From positions 1 through 33,021 of the forward strand of contig JAKQLT010000217.1 of NCBI GenBank assembly GCA_029567025.1: a stretch of DNA of 33,021 nucleotides. Direction: 5' to 3'. The first letter of the stretch is position 1, and every line of letters starts with the position of its first letter. The position numbers and the translations under genes are program-made. The stretch is from Candidatus Omnitrophota bacterium (GTDB lineage Bacteria > Omnitrophota > Gorgyraeia > Zapsychrales > Zapsychraceae). Below are positions 1-10,251 of the stretch, piece after piece. Below the pieces are notes generated by a model that was not told where the DNA came from, ran no database searches, and saw nothing but the letters and a program-made list of their open reading frames with translations.

Positions 1-189
1 GATAGAAAAGCTCAAATTGGCACGGGAGATAGAAGTGAGAAAATCCGCACTTATAATTTTCCTGATAGAAGAGTCACCGATCATCGTATTGGTTTTACAA
101 CGCATCAATTGATGAATGTCATCGAAGGCGAATTAGATGAAATTACCGAAGCGCTTTTAAAGGCAGAATATGAGGCGTCTTTAAAATGA
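1..189 (+). CDS. prfA: Peptide chain release factor 1, C-terminal part (5' truncated by window)
   Basis: Frame 1 reads [31 protein letters not shown]...EASLK*, the RF1 C-terminal motif; TGA overlaps the prmC ATG. Confidence 0.95.
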   Translation, partial: DRKAQIGTGDRSEKIRTYNFPDRRVTDHRIGFTTHQLMNVIEGELDEITEALLKAEYEASLK

Positions 190-980
190 AAATAGAGGAG
201 CAATTATTAACTCATCTTTTTAATTGTCGTCGTGTTGATCTTTATGCTGGAAAACGGACGTTAACGGATGAACAGATGCAAGTTTTTTCTCATATGAAAT
301 CACGGCTTTCTCAAGGAGAGCCGTTACAATACATTTTGGGCGCTGTTGATTTTATGGGCATTTCTTTATGTGTGGATGAAAGAGTCCTTATTCCTCGTCC
401 CGAGACAGAAGAATTAGTCGTATGCGCGATTGATTTATTGAAACAGGGAAACGGGTCACAGATAAGATATGTTTTGGATTTGGGGACAGGTTCTGGCAAT
501 ATCGCGATCGCGATTGCGAAAAATGTTTTAAATAGTTTTGTGACGACGGTTGACATTTCCCCAGCCGCGATAGATTTAGCTACATTAAACGCCCATGAAA
601 ATAAACTTAACGATAAAATACGTTTTATTTGCCAAGATATGAAGATTTTTTTAAAAGAAGAGATATTTCGCAATAAGTACGATCTTGTCATTTCTAATCC
701 TCCGTATATTCCTACCGCCCAGATCGAACAGCTTCCCTGTGATGTGAAGAAGGAGCCGTTTATCGCTTTAGACGGCGGAGAAGATGGTCTTAATTTTTAT
801 CGCGAAATTATTTCCGCGGCGCATTTATTGTTAGAAGATAATGGATGCCTTCTTCTGGAAATTGGCGAGTATCAGGCCGAGGATATTAAAAAAATAGTTG
901 AGGCATCAGGAAAATATCAAGAATGTTCTTTTCGAAAAGATAATGCAGGAAAACAACGGATAACCATTATAAAAAGGTAG
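186..980 (+). CDS. prmC: Release factor glutamine methyltransferase
   Basis: [29 protein letters not shown] and NPPY motifs; follows prfA. Confidence 0.96.
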   Translation: MKIEEQLLTHLFNCRRVDLYAGKRTLTDEQMQVFSHMKSRLSQGEPLQYILGAVDFMGISLCVDERVLIPRPETEELVVCAIDLLKQGNGSQIRYVLDLGTGSGNIAIAIAKNVLNSFVTTVDISPAAIDLATLNAHENKLNDKIRFICQDMKIFLKEEIFRNKYDLVISNPPYIPTAQIEQLPCDVKKEPFIALDGGEDGLNFYREIISAAHLLLEDNGCLLLEIGEYQAEDIKKIVEASGKYQECSFRKDNAGKQRITIIKR

Positions 981-985
981 ATTGT

Positions 986-2257
986 ATGGATAAATTGATC
1001 ATCGAAGGTGGAAAATTTTTAAAAGGCGAGATTATGGTCAGCGGGTCCAAGAATGCCGCATTGCCTATTATTGCGGCCACATTATTAACGGATGAACCGT
1101 GTGTGATTCGCAATGTCCCACGGTTAATGGATACATCGACGATGATACGGCTTTTGAAATCGTTAGGTAAAGATGTGGAGTGGGGCAAAGATAATAAAAT
1201 TTTAATTTCTTCCAACGGTAAACCGAGTGATTTTGCGGATTATAAACTTGTCTCGACGATGCGCGGGTCTTTTTGTGTCTTAGGGCCTCTTTTAGGGAAA
1301 TTGGGTCATGCGAAAGTTTCTTTACCTGGCGGATGCGTTATTGGGGTTCGTCCGGTCGACCTTCACTTAAAAGGGTTGCGCGCTTTAGGGGCAAAAATTG
1401 AGGTTGAAGCCGGCTATGTTCTGGCCAAAGCGAATCGTTTAAAAGGAACGCATATGTATTTAGGCGGAGGGTTTGGTTCTTCTGTTTTGGCGACGGCTAA
1501 TGTGATGATGGCCGCTGTTTTAGCTGAAGGGGAAACCATTATTGAGTCTGCGGCGTGTGAGCCCGAAGTAGAAGATTTAGCGGATTTTTTAACGGCGATG
1601 GGCGCGCGCATTAAAGGAAAGGGAAGTCCGCGTCTTATTATCACAGGGGTAAAGAAATTAAAAGGTGTTAATTATCAGATTATTCCAGATCGTATTGAGG
1701 CCGGAACGTTTATTTTACTGGCGGCTGCCCTTCGTAATAATAATATCGTTATTAAAGGAGCGAACCTATCTCATTTAATGGCGCTTGTTGATAAAATGAA
1801 AGAAGCGGGCGTGAAGATAACGGAAAATAATGAAGGAGATATTTTTGTAAAAACTTCGAAAAATTTAAAACCTGTAACGGTTACAACTTATCCTTATCCG
1901 GGATTTCCGACGGATCTTCAAGCACAAATGATGGCTCTTATGACAACTATTGATGGGATTAGCGTGGTCACAGACAGGGTTTATCCGGATCGCTTTATGC
2001 ATGTCGCGGAATTAAATCGTATGGGCGCGAATATAAAAAAAGAAGGCAGCAACGCGGTTGTCCATGGTGTTAAACATTTATCGGGCGCGCCTGTTGTCGC
2101 GTCTGATTTACGCGCATCAGCCGCTCTTGTTATGGCCGGATTAACCGCTAAAGGAAAAACAGAAATACGGCGACTTTATCATTTAGACCGCGGCTATGAA
2201 AATCTTGATAAGAAATTAACACAGCTCGGCGCAAAAATTTATCGCGAAAAAGAATAA
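986..2257 (+). CDS. murA: UDP-N-acetylglucosamine 1-carboxyvinyltransferase
   Basis: [24 protein letters not shown] (catalytic Cys), [16 protein letters not shown]. Confidence 0.97.
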   Translation: MDKLIIEGGKFLKGEIMVSGSKNAALPIIAATLLTDEPCVIRNVPRLMDTSTMIRLLKSLGKDVEWGKDNKILISSNGKPSDFADYKLVSTMRGSFCVLGPLLGKLGHAKVSLPGGCVIGVRPVDLHLKGLRALGAKIEVEAGYVLAKANRLKGTHMYLGGGFGSSVLATANVMMAAVLAEGETIIESAACEPEVEDLADFLTAMGARIKGKGSPRLIITGVKKLKGVNYQIIPDRIEAGTFILLAAALRNNNIVIKGANLSHLMALVDKMKEAGVKITENNEGDIFVKTSKNLKPVTVTTYPYPGFPTDLQAQMMALMTTIDGISVVTDRVYPDRFMHVAELNRMGANIKKEGSNAVVHGVKHLSGAPVVASDLRASAALVMAGLTAKGKTEIRRLYHLDRGYENLDKKLTQLGAKIYREKE

Positions 2258-2264
2258 ATGGCGC

Positions 2265-2297
2265 AACCTTTCCCCACCCCCGGGGTGGGGAAAGGTT
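2265..2297. repeat. REP-like GC-rich palindrome, family A copy 1
   Basis: aacctttccccacccc-c-ggggtggggaaaggtt, perfect 16-bp arms; four related copies elsewhere in the window. Confidence 0.9.
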
Positions 2298-2310
2298 AAA
2301 GGGAGATGGT

Positions 2311-2889
2311 ATGATTTTGATGATCGATAATTATGATTCGTTTACGTATAATCTCGTCCAGTATTTCGGCGAGTTGGGCGCTGATTTACAAGTGTATCGG
2401 AATGACGCATTATCTCTCAACGATATTCAAAAAATGAATTCGAAGAAAATTGTTATTTCTCCTGGTCCTGGACGTCCAGAAGATGCGGGGATTTCTGTTG
2501 ATATTATTAAGTGTTTTTCTGGAAAAATTCCGATTTTAGGCGTGTGCTTGGGGCATCAGGCCGTTGGTTATGCTTTTGGAGGAAAAATCATTCGCGCTAA
2601 AAATATTATGCACGGAAAAACATCTCGTATAAAACATAACAATAAAGATATTTTTAAAAATTTAAAGAATCCTTTTGAGGCGACGCGATATCATTCTTTA
2701 GTCATTGAAGAAAAGACGTTACCTGATTGTTTAGAGGTTATGGCTTATACGCAAGAAGATAAAGAAATTATGGGCGTTCGACATAAACAATTTCCTTTGT
2801 GGGGTGTGCAGTTTCATCCGGAATCGATTTTGACAAAAGAAGGGAAAAATTTGTTAAAAAATTTTCTTCATATTAATGGAGGGCATTAA
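2311..2889 (+). CDS. trpG: Anthranilate/aminodeoxychorismate synthase glutamine amidotransferase component II
   Basis: [30 protein letters not shown]; lies in the trp cluster. Confidence 0.93.
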   Translation: MILMIDNYDSFTYNLVQYFGELGADLQVYRNDALSLNDIQKMNSKKIVISPGPGRPEDAGISVDIIKCFSGKIPILGVCLGHQAVGYAFGGKIIRAKNIMHGKTSRIKHNNKDIFKNLKNPFEATRYHSLVIEEKTLPDCLEVMAYTQEDKEIMGVRHKQFPLWGVQFHPESILTKEGKNLLKNFLHINGGH

Positions 2890-2905
2890 TTGTGAAGGTG
2901 TTTTT

Positions 2906-3919
2906 ATGAGAACATTTATTGAAAAAATTAAAGATGGCGAAAATTTAACGCAACAAGAGGTTGAAATTGCGATGCACGCCATTATGGAAGGTAAAACTCC
3001 TAAAAATGATATTGCGGATTTTTTATTGGCCTTGCGTCATAAAGGCCCAACTATCGATGAGATTACTGGCGCGGCAAAGATTATGAGGCGATTTGTTGTC
3101 CCCATAAAAAGTTGTCATAAAAATATTTTAGATACCTGCGGAACCGGTGGAGATAGAAAAAATACGTTTAATATTTCAACATTGTCGGCCTTAGTCGTGG
3201 CTGGCGCAGGAGTTCCTGTCGCCAAACACGGAAATCGTTCTGTTTCGAGTAAATGCGGAAGCGCAGATATTTTAGAAGAGCTGGGTGTTAATCTTGATAT
3301 TGCACAAGAACGTGTAACGGAATGTTTAAATGAAGTGGGGATTGCTTTTTTATTTGCGCAAAAACTTCATCCGGCGATGAAGAATGTCGCACCTATCCGT
3401 AAAGAATTAGGAGTTGAAACGATTTTTAATGTGTTAGGTCCTTTGACAAATCCGGCGAATGCGACACATCAGATTATAGGTGTCTATAATCGTGATTATG
3501 TGGAACCGTTAGCGCATGTTTTGAAAAATTTAGGTCTTAAGAAAGCGCTTGTTGTTCATGGCGGCGATGGGCTGGATGAAATTACGACAACCACCAATAC
3601 GTTTATCAGTGAATTTAATGGAAAAGACGTTGTGAGCTATGATATTTCCCCTGAAGAATTAGGCTTTCCATTAGCCGAGTTAGCCGATTTAGTCGGCGGA
3701 GACCTTTGCACGAACCTTGACATTGCTCAAAGAATTTTAGACGGCGAACACTGGCCTAAGAGGGATATTGTTGTTTTAAATGCTGCTTACGCTTTATATG
3801 TTTTCGGAAAAGTTGACACTATTTCCGATGGCATTGAAATGGCTCAAGGCTCTTTAGACACCGGCAAGGCCTTTGAAAAATTACAACAATTAAAGGAATT
3901 TACCAATCGTGGAAGCTGA
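2906..3919 (+). CDS. trpD: Anthranilate phosphoribosyltransferase
   Basis: DTCGTGGD, FNIST, KHGNRSVSSKCGSAD; start moved to ATG 2906 (gaaggtg RBS). Confidence 0.96.
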   Translation: MRTFIEKIKDGENLTQQEVEIAMHAIMEGKTPKNDIADFLLALRHKGPTIDEITGAAKIMRRFVVPIKSCHKNILDTCGTGGDRKNTFNISTLSALVVAGAGVPVAKHGNRSVSSKCGSADILEELGVNLDIAQERVTECLNEVGIAFLFAQKLHPAMKNVAPIRKELGVETIFNVLGPLTNPANATHQIIGVYNRDYVEPLAHVLKNLGLKKALVVHGGDGLDEITTTTNTFISEFNGKDVVSYDISPEELGFPLAELADLVGGDLCTNLDIAQRILDGEHWPKRDIVVLNAAYALYVFGKVDTISDGIEMAQGSLDTGKAFEKLQQLKEFTNRGS

Positions 3920-4700
3920 TTTTCTTCAACAGATCATCTCTCATAAACGCCATATCATCGAAACTAAAAAGGAATATTTTTTAAAGTTAAAGGATCATGC
4001 CAGCTGTTTGCAGACACAAAAGTATCATGTTTTTAAAAAAAGCATTTCAGCGCCTGATAAAATAAGTCTTATCGCAGAAATTAAGAAAGCCTCGCCTTCT
4101 AAAGGTCTTATTCGTGAAAATTTTGATGTTCTGTCTATTGCAAAAACTTATGAAGAACAAGGCGCGGCCGGGATTTCTGTCTTGACGGAAGATAGATTTT
4201 TTTTAGGAAGCATATCTTATTTGAAAAAAGTTGCGGATTGTGTTCATGTTCCGGTTTTAGCAAAAGATTTTTTTATCGATGAAGGACAGATTTATGAAGC
4301 CCATGCGCACGGGGCGAGCGCGGTTCTTTTAATTATGGCGATTCTAAAAGATCATGAAGTAAAACAATTAATGAATGTCGCGCGGTCTTTAGACGTGGAT
4401 TGTTTAGTTGAGGTTCACAATCGAGAAGAATTTTTGCGTGCTTTAGATTGTGGCGCTGAAATCATAGGCATTAATAATCGCGATTTAAAAACGTTTCATG
4501 TGGATCTTCGCGTTGCCGAAGAATTAATTCCGCAAATTCCTAAAGATAAAGTGATTGTCGTTGAAAGCGGCATTCATTTTTATGGTGAAGTAAAACGTTT
4601 TAAAGAATTGGGCGCGCAGGCGGTTTTAATCGGAGAAACTTTTATGAGAGAACAAGATATAGCACAAAAAATAAAGGAAGTGATGTATGGTCAAAGTTAA
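3909..4700 (+). CDS. trpC: Indole-3-glycerol phosphate synthase
   Basis: IAEIKKASPSKG, ISVLTED, IGINNRDL, ESGI. Confidence 0.96.
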   Translation: MEADFLQQIISHKRHIIETKKEYFLKLKDHASCLQTQKYHVFKKSISAPDKISLIAEIKKASPSKGLIRENFDVLSIAKTYEEQGAAGISVLTEDRFFLGSISYLKKVADCVHVPVLAKDFFIDEGQIYEAHAHGASAVLLIMAILKDHEVKQLMNVARSLDVDCLVEVHNREEFLRALDCGAEIIGINNRDLKTFHVDLRVAEELIPQIPKDKVIVVESGIHFYGEVKRFKELGAQAVLIGETFMREQDIAQKIKEVMYGQS

Positions 4701-5298
4701 GGTGTGCGGGATAACGAATTTTGAAGACGCGTCGAAATCCGCGTTTTATGACGCGGCGGCTGTTGGTTTTGTTTTTTGCAAAAAAAGTCCTCGCTATATT
4801 TCGCCGAGTAAGGCCAGAACGATTATTGAAAAGTTACCGCCGTTTGTGACTCCTGTCGGAGTTTTTGTAGATTTAAATGAGCGTGCGGTACGCGATATTT
4901 GCCGTTTTACGCGTATTTCAACGGTGCAGTTTCACGGAGAAGAAGATCAGATGTATTGCAAGCGCTTTAAAGATTATAAAATCATTAAAGCGTTTCGTGT
5001 CGGAGAGTATTTTGATATTGAAAAAGTGAAAAAATACAAAGTAGACGCGTTTCTTTTTGATACATATCAAGAAAATGTTGCCGGAGGCACAGGAAAGACA
5101 TTTAATTGGTATCTTTTAAAAGATATAAAATTTGATAAACCGGTTATTTTGTCCGGCGGCTTAAATCCTCTTAACGTAAAAGAGGCGATAGGGATTCTTA
5201 ATCCTTTTATGGTCGATGTCTCAAGTGGCGTTGAACAATCACCCGGCATTAAAAGTCCAAAATTAATCCGAGATTTCTTTGAGGCGGTAAAAGCGTAG
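4687..5298 (+). CDS. trpF: Phosphoribosylanthranilate isomerase
   Basis: KVCGIT, SPR, QFHG, GGTGKTF, DVSSGVE. Confidence 0.96.
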   Translation: MVKVKVCGITNFEDASKSAFYDAAAVGFVFCKKSPRYISPSKARTIIEKLPPFVTPVGVFVDLNERAVRDICRFTRISTVQFHGEEDQMYCKRFKDYKIIKAFRVGEYFDIEKVKKYKVDAFLFDTYQENVAGGTGKTFNWYLLKDIKFDKPVILSGGLNPLNVKEAIGILNPFMVDVSSGVEQSPGIKSPKLIRDFFEAVKA

Positions 5299-5338
5299 GA
5301 AGTTTTTTACAGCTTATAATTATGAGAAAGACAATTTC

Positions 5339-7293
5339 ATGAATTTTTTTATTAAGATGGTAGTCCCGTTTTTGCCTGTTTTCGTTTTCTGCTTTGTTTA
5401 TTTATTTTTTTTAACGATTTCTAGGCCCCAATTATTAGGATGGAAAGATTCTTTTTTAAAGAGTGCTGTCGTTTGGGCAGGATTAGTGGTTCTTAGCACT
5501 GAAATATTAAGTATTTGGCACGCGTTAAATTTTGAAAATTTAGTCTTTTTTTGGTGTTTTTTATTCTTTGGGCTTCTTTTTTTATTTTTTATAAATCGTA
5601 AAAAAGTATTTTCTATAGAAATAGAATTTTTAAAAAAAAGATTCCTTTCTTTTTTTTCTTTTTCCTTCGCAGTAATATTAAGTTTTTCCTTAGGGCTTCT
5701 TTTTTTGGCGGTAGTGGCCCCGCCGAATAATTATGATTCAATGACTTATCATATGTCGCGGGTAGAGCATTGGATCCAAAATCAAAGTGTTTTTCATTAC
5801 CCTACTAATATTACTCGTCAATTATTTTCTGCTCCATGGGCAGAGTTTGCGATTCTTCATTTTCAGATATTATCTCGATCAGATTTTTTTGCAAATTTAG
5901 TTCAGTGGACATCTTTTCTCGGAGTTGTGATTGGCGTTATGGCGATAGTTGAGAAAATAGGTGGGGGGGGGTATATGTTCAAACTTTAGCGGCATTATTG
6001 ACAGCTTCTCTTCCCATGGGTATTTTGCAAGCCACAACGACACAAAATGATTTAGTCTTAAGTTTTTGGGTCGTTTCTTTTGTTTATTTTTTGTTCCAAA
6101 CTATTAAAAATAATAATCGCAGTATCCTTCCATATGTTTTTTTAGGGTTATCGGTGGGGATTGGGTTCCTCACAAAAGCTACAATGATTTTTTTTATTGT
6201 TTCTTTTTGTAGTCTGGGAGTGCTTCATTTGTTATGCAAAAGAGAATTCAAAAAATATCTGAAAGGATTTGTTATTGTTTTTTCTATCGCGCTTTTGTTT
6301 AATGTAGGGCATTTTTATAGGAATTATGATTTGGGACAGCACATTCTTATGCCGATTCCAGAGGTGTCAAAAAATGTTGTTAATGAGCGTTTTTCTTTTA
6401 AGGGAGGATTGTCTAATACGATGAGAAATATTCTCCTGCATCTGAATTCGCCTTTTGAAGAAATAAATAATTTGATTTTTTCTTTTTCAAAAAAGATTCA
6501 TCAGTGGATGGATGTCGATTTTGATGATGCTCGGTATACTTATGGAAAAATTAAAGATTTTACTGTGAAAAATCATATTCATGAAGATGTTAGTGGGAAT
6601 TTTTATCATTTTTTGTTTTTGTTTATTTCTTTCATGGCGATTTTTTTATCGAGAAAAAAATATTTTAATAATTTTTATTTTTCTTTCTTGTTTTTTGGGA
6701 ATTTATTGGCTTTTTTTATTTTTTCTTTTTATTTAAAATGGCAACCATGGGGAAGCCGTTTGCAATTGCCTTTTTTTATGCTTGCGATTGCTTCAGTTGT
6801 ATTATTGTTTCAAGATATTAAAACTCGTTGGAGGTTTATTGTAAATGGGATTATTTTTTTCATTGTTTTTTCTTCTAGTCCATATCTTTTAAAAAATCCT
6901 GCTAAACGGTTAATTTCTGCGAAAAAGGCTACTGTTTGGAATACTTCGCGAGAGGATATGTATTTTGTTTATCATGAGAGATTGAGGAAAAAAGAATATA
7001 GAAAAATAGTGAATTATATAAAAGACTCCAACTGCCATGAGATTGGCTTATTTGTTGGGGAAGATGATTGGGAGTATCCCTTTTTTGCTTTGTTTCGAAA
7101 AGAGCAGTATCCTGTTCACATAGAACATGTTTTTGTTAAAAATGCGTCTTATAAATATTCTGACTTTTTATTCTCTCCTTGCGCTGTTATTCTTAAGCGC
7201 GAAATATCTGAAATAGATAGAAAGAAGAACGAAGATTTTTTTAAGTTGAAAAAATATTATTCGGATTATTTTGAATTATATTTAAAGGAGTAA
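5339..7293 (+). pseudogene. Polytopic GT-C/family-39-like glycosyltransferase, frameshifted at the G9 tract 5963-5971 (ORFs 5339-5989 and 5998-7293)
   Basis: Many TM segments; PPNNYDSMTYH in part 1; LPMGILQATTTQND, TK and WQPWGSR in part 2; the downstream frame is open back to the G run, so G7 or G10 would fuse the two. Confidence 0.75.
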
Positions 7294-7349
7294 AGAATTG
7301 TTATTTTATATGAATCTTGTAAGTCTTTTATTTTCTAAGCGATAAAAAT

Positions 7350-7378
7350 TTGTTATTTTTTAAAATGCATGTTATCTT
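7350..7378 (+). promoter_or_regulatory. Sigma70-type promoter for the riboswitch transcript
   Basis: TTGTTA-17 nt-TATCTT with extended TG, ~7 nt upstream of the aptamer. Confidence 0.55.
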
Positions 7379-7385
7379 TTGTTTA

Positions 7386-7543
7386 GGCCGATAAAGGTAA
7401 ACCCGGGGAAACTCGGGGACACAAAGCCGACAGACCTAAATAGCGTAAGACCTAAAAGGCCCGACGGTTCCTTAAGTGGACGGGGCATACCACGAGATGT
7501 GGCGAGGCGGTTGATGAGCTAAATGGTGGCTGGGTTGCCGAAG
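7386..7543 (+). ncRNA. Cyclic di-GMP-I (GEMM) riboswitch aptamer with an enlarged P3 loop
   Basis: GGTAAAC-cccggg-GAAA-ctcggg-GACACAAAGCC...CCTAAA...ATGGTGGCTGGGTTGCCG matches the GEMM architecture, with a compensatory U22-A45 pair and G20/A47/C92 equivalents. Confidence 0.88.
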
Positions 7544-7595
7544 AGCGAGGGCGGGAGATATCCGCATCTTTATCGGCTCTCTTCTTTAAAACGAT

Positions 7596-7625
7596 AATCC
7601 CTTACATGATAAGGGATTTTTTATT
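7596..7625 (+). terminator. Intrinsic terminator after the riboswitch
   Basis: aatccctta-catga-taagggatt followed by a T-rich run. Confidence 0.7.
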
Positions 7626-7698
7626 TGAAAGACATCTTTTCAAAAATCCTTTTAAAAAAAATAAGCAAAAAAAATGAATTATGCTACAATACGAATTT

Positions 7699-8004
7699 AT
7701 GAGTGAAAAATTAATGCGTGTGTATAAGAAATATGATGTGAGTCAGATCAAGCCGCATTTGATGATTTATGGCGATTTAAACGGCAGTTGCGCTAATTGT
7801 AATAATCTTAATGTGAAATTTACCGATATACAATGCCCCGAATGTAAATCTATTTTTAAATATATCGCTTTTCGCAATCCCAAGAATCATATCCCCAAAA
7901 TTTATAAATTAATGGAAGAAAAGCCCGATATGCTGATTATTGATTATGATGATTATCATAAAGCCTTAGGGGATCAGAAAGCCAAGAGCATTTTTAATGA
8001 TTAA
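7699..8004 (+). CDS. Small hypothetical zinc-ribbon protein
   Basis: CANC...CPEC; start at ATG 7699 or 7681; overlaps the next gene. Confidence 0.7.
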   Translation: MSEKLMRVYKKYDVSQIKPHLMIYGDLNGSCANCNNLNVKFTDIQCPECKSIFKYIAFRNPKNHIPKIYKLMEEKPDMLIIDYDDYHKALGDQKAKSIFND

Positions 8005-9139
8005 TCGGCCGCGTCTCATTCAAACACTGCAAAAAGTTGTTTCCTATAATTCTGAAAATCCGCCGGGAAATGAATTAGTCTTATCTCGTTTTATCGCCCA
8101 AGATATGAGATCGCTTGGGCTTGATGTGAAATTATATTCTTTTGCCAAAAATCGGCCGAATGTTATCGTCACATTAAAAGGAACATTTGAACGAGAAAAA
8201 GCGCAAAAACAAGCTCTTTTAATTACGCCGCATATTGACACTGTGCCGGCCGGAAAGGGATGGAAATATCATCCGTTAAGCGGTACTATTTCTGGCGGAA
8301 AAATTTACGGTCGAGGCACAAGTGATGATAAAGGAAATTTAGCCTCTTGTATGGAAGTCATGCGCGGTTTAGTTGAGGATAAAATAAAATTGCGTAAAGA
8401 TGTGATTTTAGCCGCGACGGTTGATGAAGAAACAGGAAGCCATTATGGCATAAAACCGCTTTTGGATAAAAAAATATTACGTCCGAAAATTGCGCTTGTC
8501 TTAGATTCTGATGAAGGCGACGCGATTGTCGCTCAAAAAGGATTGATGCATATTCGGATTCAGATTTTTGGAAAAAAAGCGCATGGCGCGTATAATTGGA
8601 AAGGTGTTAATGCGATTGAAATCGCGACGAAAATTATTACGCAATTAAAACAGATGGCTTTTAAATATAAAAAACATCCTTTATTGCGGCCTCCGACGGT
8701 AAATATCGGGACGATTAAAGGCGGTGACAAGGTCAATATCGTTGCGGATTTTTGTGAGTTTTCGGTTGATATTCGTTATTTGCCTGGCATGAATCCGCGC
8801 AATATTTTAAAAGAAGTAAAACATATTATTCGGAAATATATTTCAAAATTTAAAATTCTCGTTGATGATTTACAGTTTCCGTATGAAATAAGTGCGGAAA
8901 ACTCAGCTGTAAAATTGTATGTGGAAACAATCAGAAAATATGGGCTTAAAGGAAAATTAAAGGGAAGCGAAGGCGCGACCGTGATTACATTTTTTCAGGA
9001 ACATAAAATTCCAGCATTTGCATCAGGCTTTAGCGCCAGCGGCACCGCGCACGCAACCGATGAATTTATTCGCATGAACACATTATATAAAGGAACAAAA
9101 GCGCTTGAGGCGTTTATTAAAGAATATGATAAGAAATAA
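7997..9139 (+). CDS. M20 family metallo-hydrolase (DapE/ArgE-like)
   Basis: HIDTVP, GRGTSDDKG, DEETG, AHATDE metal ligands. Confidence 0.9.
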   Translation: MINRPRLIQTLQKVVSYNSENPPGNELVLSRFIAQDMRSLGLDVKLYSFAKNRPNVIVTLKGTFEREKAQKQALLITPHIDTVPAGKGWKYHPLSGTISGGKIYGRGTSDDKGNLASCMEVMRGLVEDKIKLRKDVILAATVDEETGSHYGIKPLLDKKILRPKIALVLDSDEGDAIVAQKGLMHIRIQIFGKKAHGAYNWKGVNAIEIATKIITQLKQMAFKYKKHPLLRPPTVNIGTIKGGDKVNIVADFCEFSVDIRYLPGMNPRNILKEVKHIIRKYISKFKILVDDLQFPYEISAENSAVKLYVETIRKYGLKGKLKGSEGATVITFFQEHKIPAFASGFSASGTAHATDEFIRMNTLYKGTKALEAFIKEYDKK

Positions 9140-9848
9140 GAACATTTTTTTATCTGCAATAATTGTTTTTATGTGCTTTTGGGTTTCGCCGACGCAAGGA
9201 GAAGAAAGAAATTTTTTTGGTGAAACGATTTCCTATCGCATAAAACAATTAGGCATGTCAGGAACCGCGACTTTAACGATTGACGGGCTCACAACGATTG
9301 AAGGCAAAGAAGCGCTGCTCATTACTTTTGTCGCTAAAGGATTTACGTTTTTTGATGAGGAAAAAATATATTTGGATCCAAAAACCTATTATCCGATTAT
9401 CGTAAAACGAGATTTAGATATTTTTGGCAATAAAGAAAAAATTGTGGAATATTATGATAATGAAAAAGGTTCTGTAAAAATTATTAATTCTCAAGATCCT
9501 CATAAGCCGCGCATTATTGAAAAAGGTAAGCCTATTGAAAATATTTACGGATTTATTTATCGTCAGCGTATTAAAGGGACATTTCATATAGGAGATGAGT
9601 TTTCTGTTCAGTTTCCGACACAAGAAGTGACGATTAAAGCGGTTGATATACAAAAAATGAATGTGGCTAAGGAAGATTATGAAGTTGTTTTTATGCAAGG
9701 CAAACCACGTAATCTTAAAATTTATTTTGATATAAGCGAAAATAAAATTCCTGTTCGTCTGGAAGGCACGTTTGGTTTTGGCGGCGCGGTAATGATTATG
9801 ACCGATTATAAAGAGACCAAAGACCAAAGACCAAAGACTAAAGACTAA
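9126..9848 (+). CDS. Exported protein, DUF3108-like
   Basis: Signal peptide, GETISYRIK...GTATL, beta-rich, KIPVRL near the C-terminus. Confidence 0.6.
   Translation: MIRNKNIFLSAIIVFMCFWVSPTQGEERNFFGETISYRIKQLGMSGTATLTIDGLTTIEGKEALLITFVAKGFTFFDEEKIYLDPKTYYPIIVKRDLDIFGNKEKIVEYYDNEKGSVKIINSQDPHKPRIIEKGKPIENIYGFIYRQRIKGTFHIGDEFSVQFPTQEVTIKAVDIQKMNVAKEDYEVVFMQGKPRNLKIYFDISENKIPVRLEGTFGFGGAVMIMTDYKETKDQRPKTKD
9814..9848 (+). repeat. Heptamer tandem array (AGACCAA x3, AGACTAA x2)
   Basis: Read directly from the sequence. Confidence 0.95.
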
Positions 9849-9853
9849 AAAAC

Positions 9854-10213
9854 ATGAGAGATTATAGAAATATTAATGCGTATAAGCATGCTGATGAATT
9901 GGCAATTGAAGTTTATAAAACAACAAAGAATTTCCCGAAGGGAGAATCTTTCGGTCTTATATCTTAATTAAGAAGGGCGGCAGTTTCAGTTGCAGCTAAT
10001 ATTGTAGGAGGCTCCAGTCGTCAACATAAAAAAGATTATTTAAATTTTCTTTTTGTATCAAGAGGATCTTTATGTGAAACAGATTATTTGTTAAATTTGT
10101 CTTTTAAATTGGGTTATCTAAAAGCAAATGAGTTTGACCTATTAGATGAGAAAAGAAAGGAAGTGGCAAAAACGCTATTTGGCCTTATTGAATCTGTCAA
10201 AAAAGAAGTTTAG
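9854..10213 (+). pseudogene. Four helix bundle protein (23S rRNA IVP / TIGR02436-like) with an internal stop
   Basis: MRDYRNINAYKHADELAIEVYKTTKNFPKGESFGLIS*LRRAAVSVAANIVGG...SRGSLCE; TAA at 9965-9967 replaces the conserved Gln. Confidence 0.9.
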
Positions 10214-10245
10214 GTCATTGGTCGTTGGTCTTTTGTCATTAGTCT
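10211..10245 (-). repeat. Degenerate inverted heptamer array (taggtca ttggtcg ttggtct tttgtca ttagtct)
   Basis: Approximate reverse complement of the 9814-9848 array. Confidence 0.85.
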
Positions 10246-10251
10246 AAAAAT

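Noticed and set aside
7441-7521. Insert as a hammerhead or HDV-like ribozyme (UGAUGA, UGGCGA motifs)
   Set aside because: No CUGAUGA/GAAA core with proper stems, and no P2 pairing for an HDV fold could be built by eye
9854-10213. Four-helix-bundle gene as Avd of a diversity-generating retroelement, or TAA read-through
   Set aside because: No reverse transcriptase or TR/VR pair in the window; TAA is used as a normal stop elsewhere, so a CAA>TAA nonsense change is simpler
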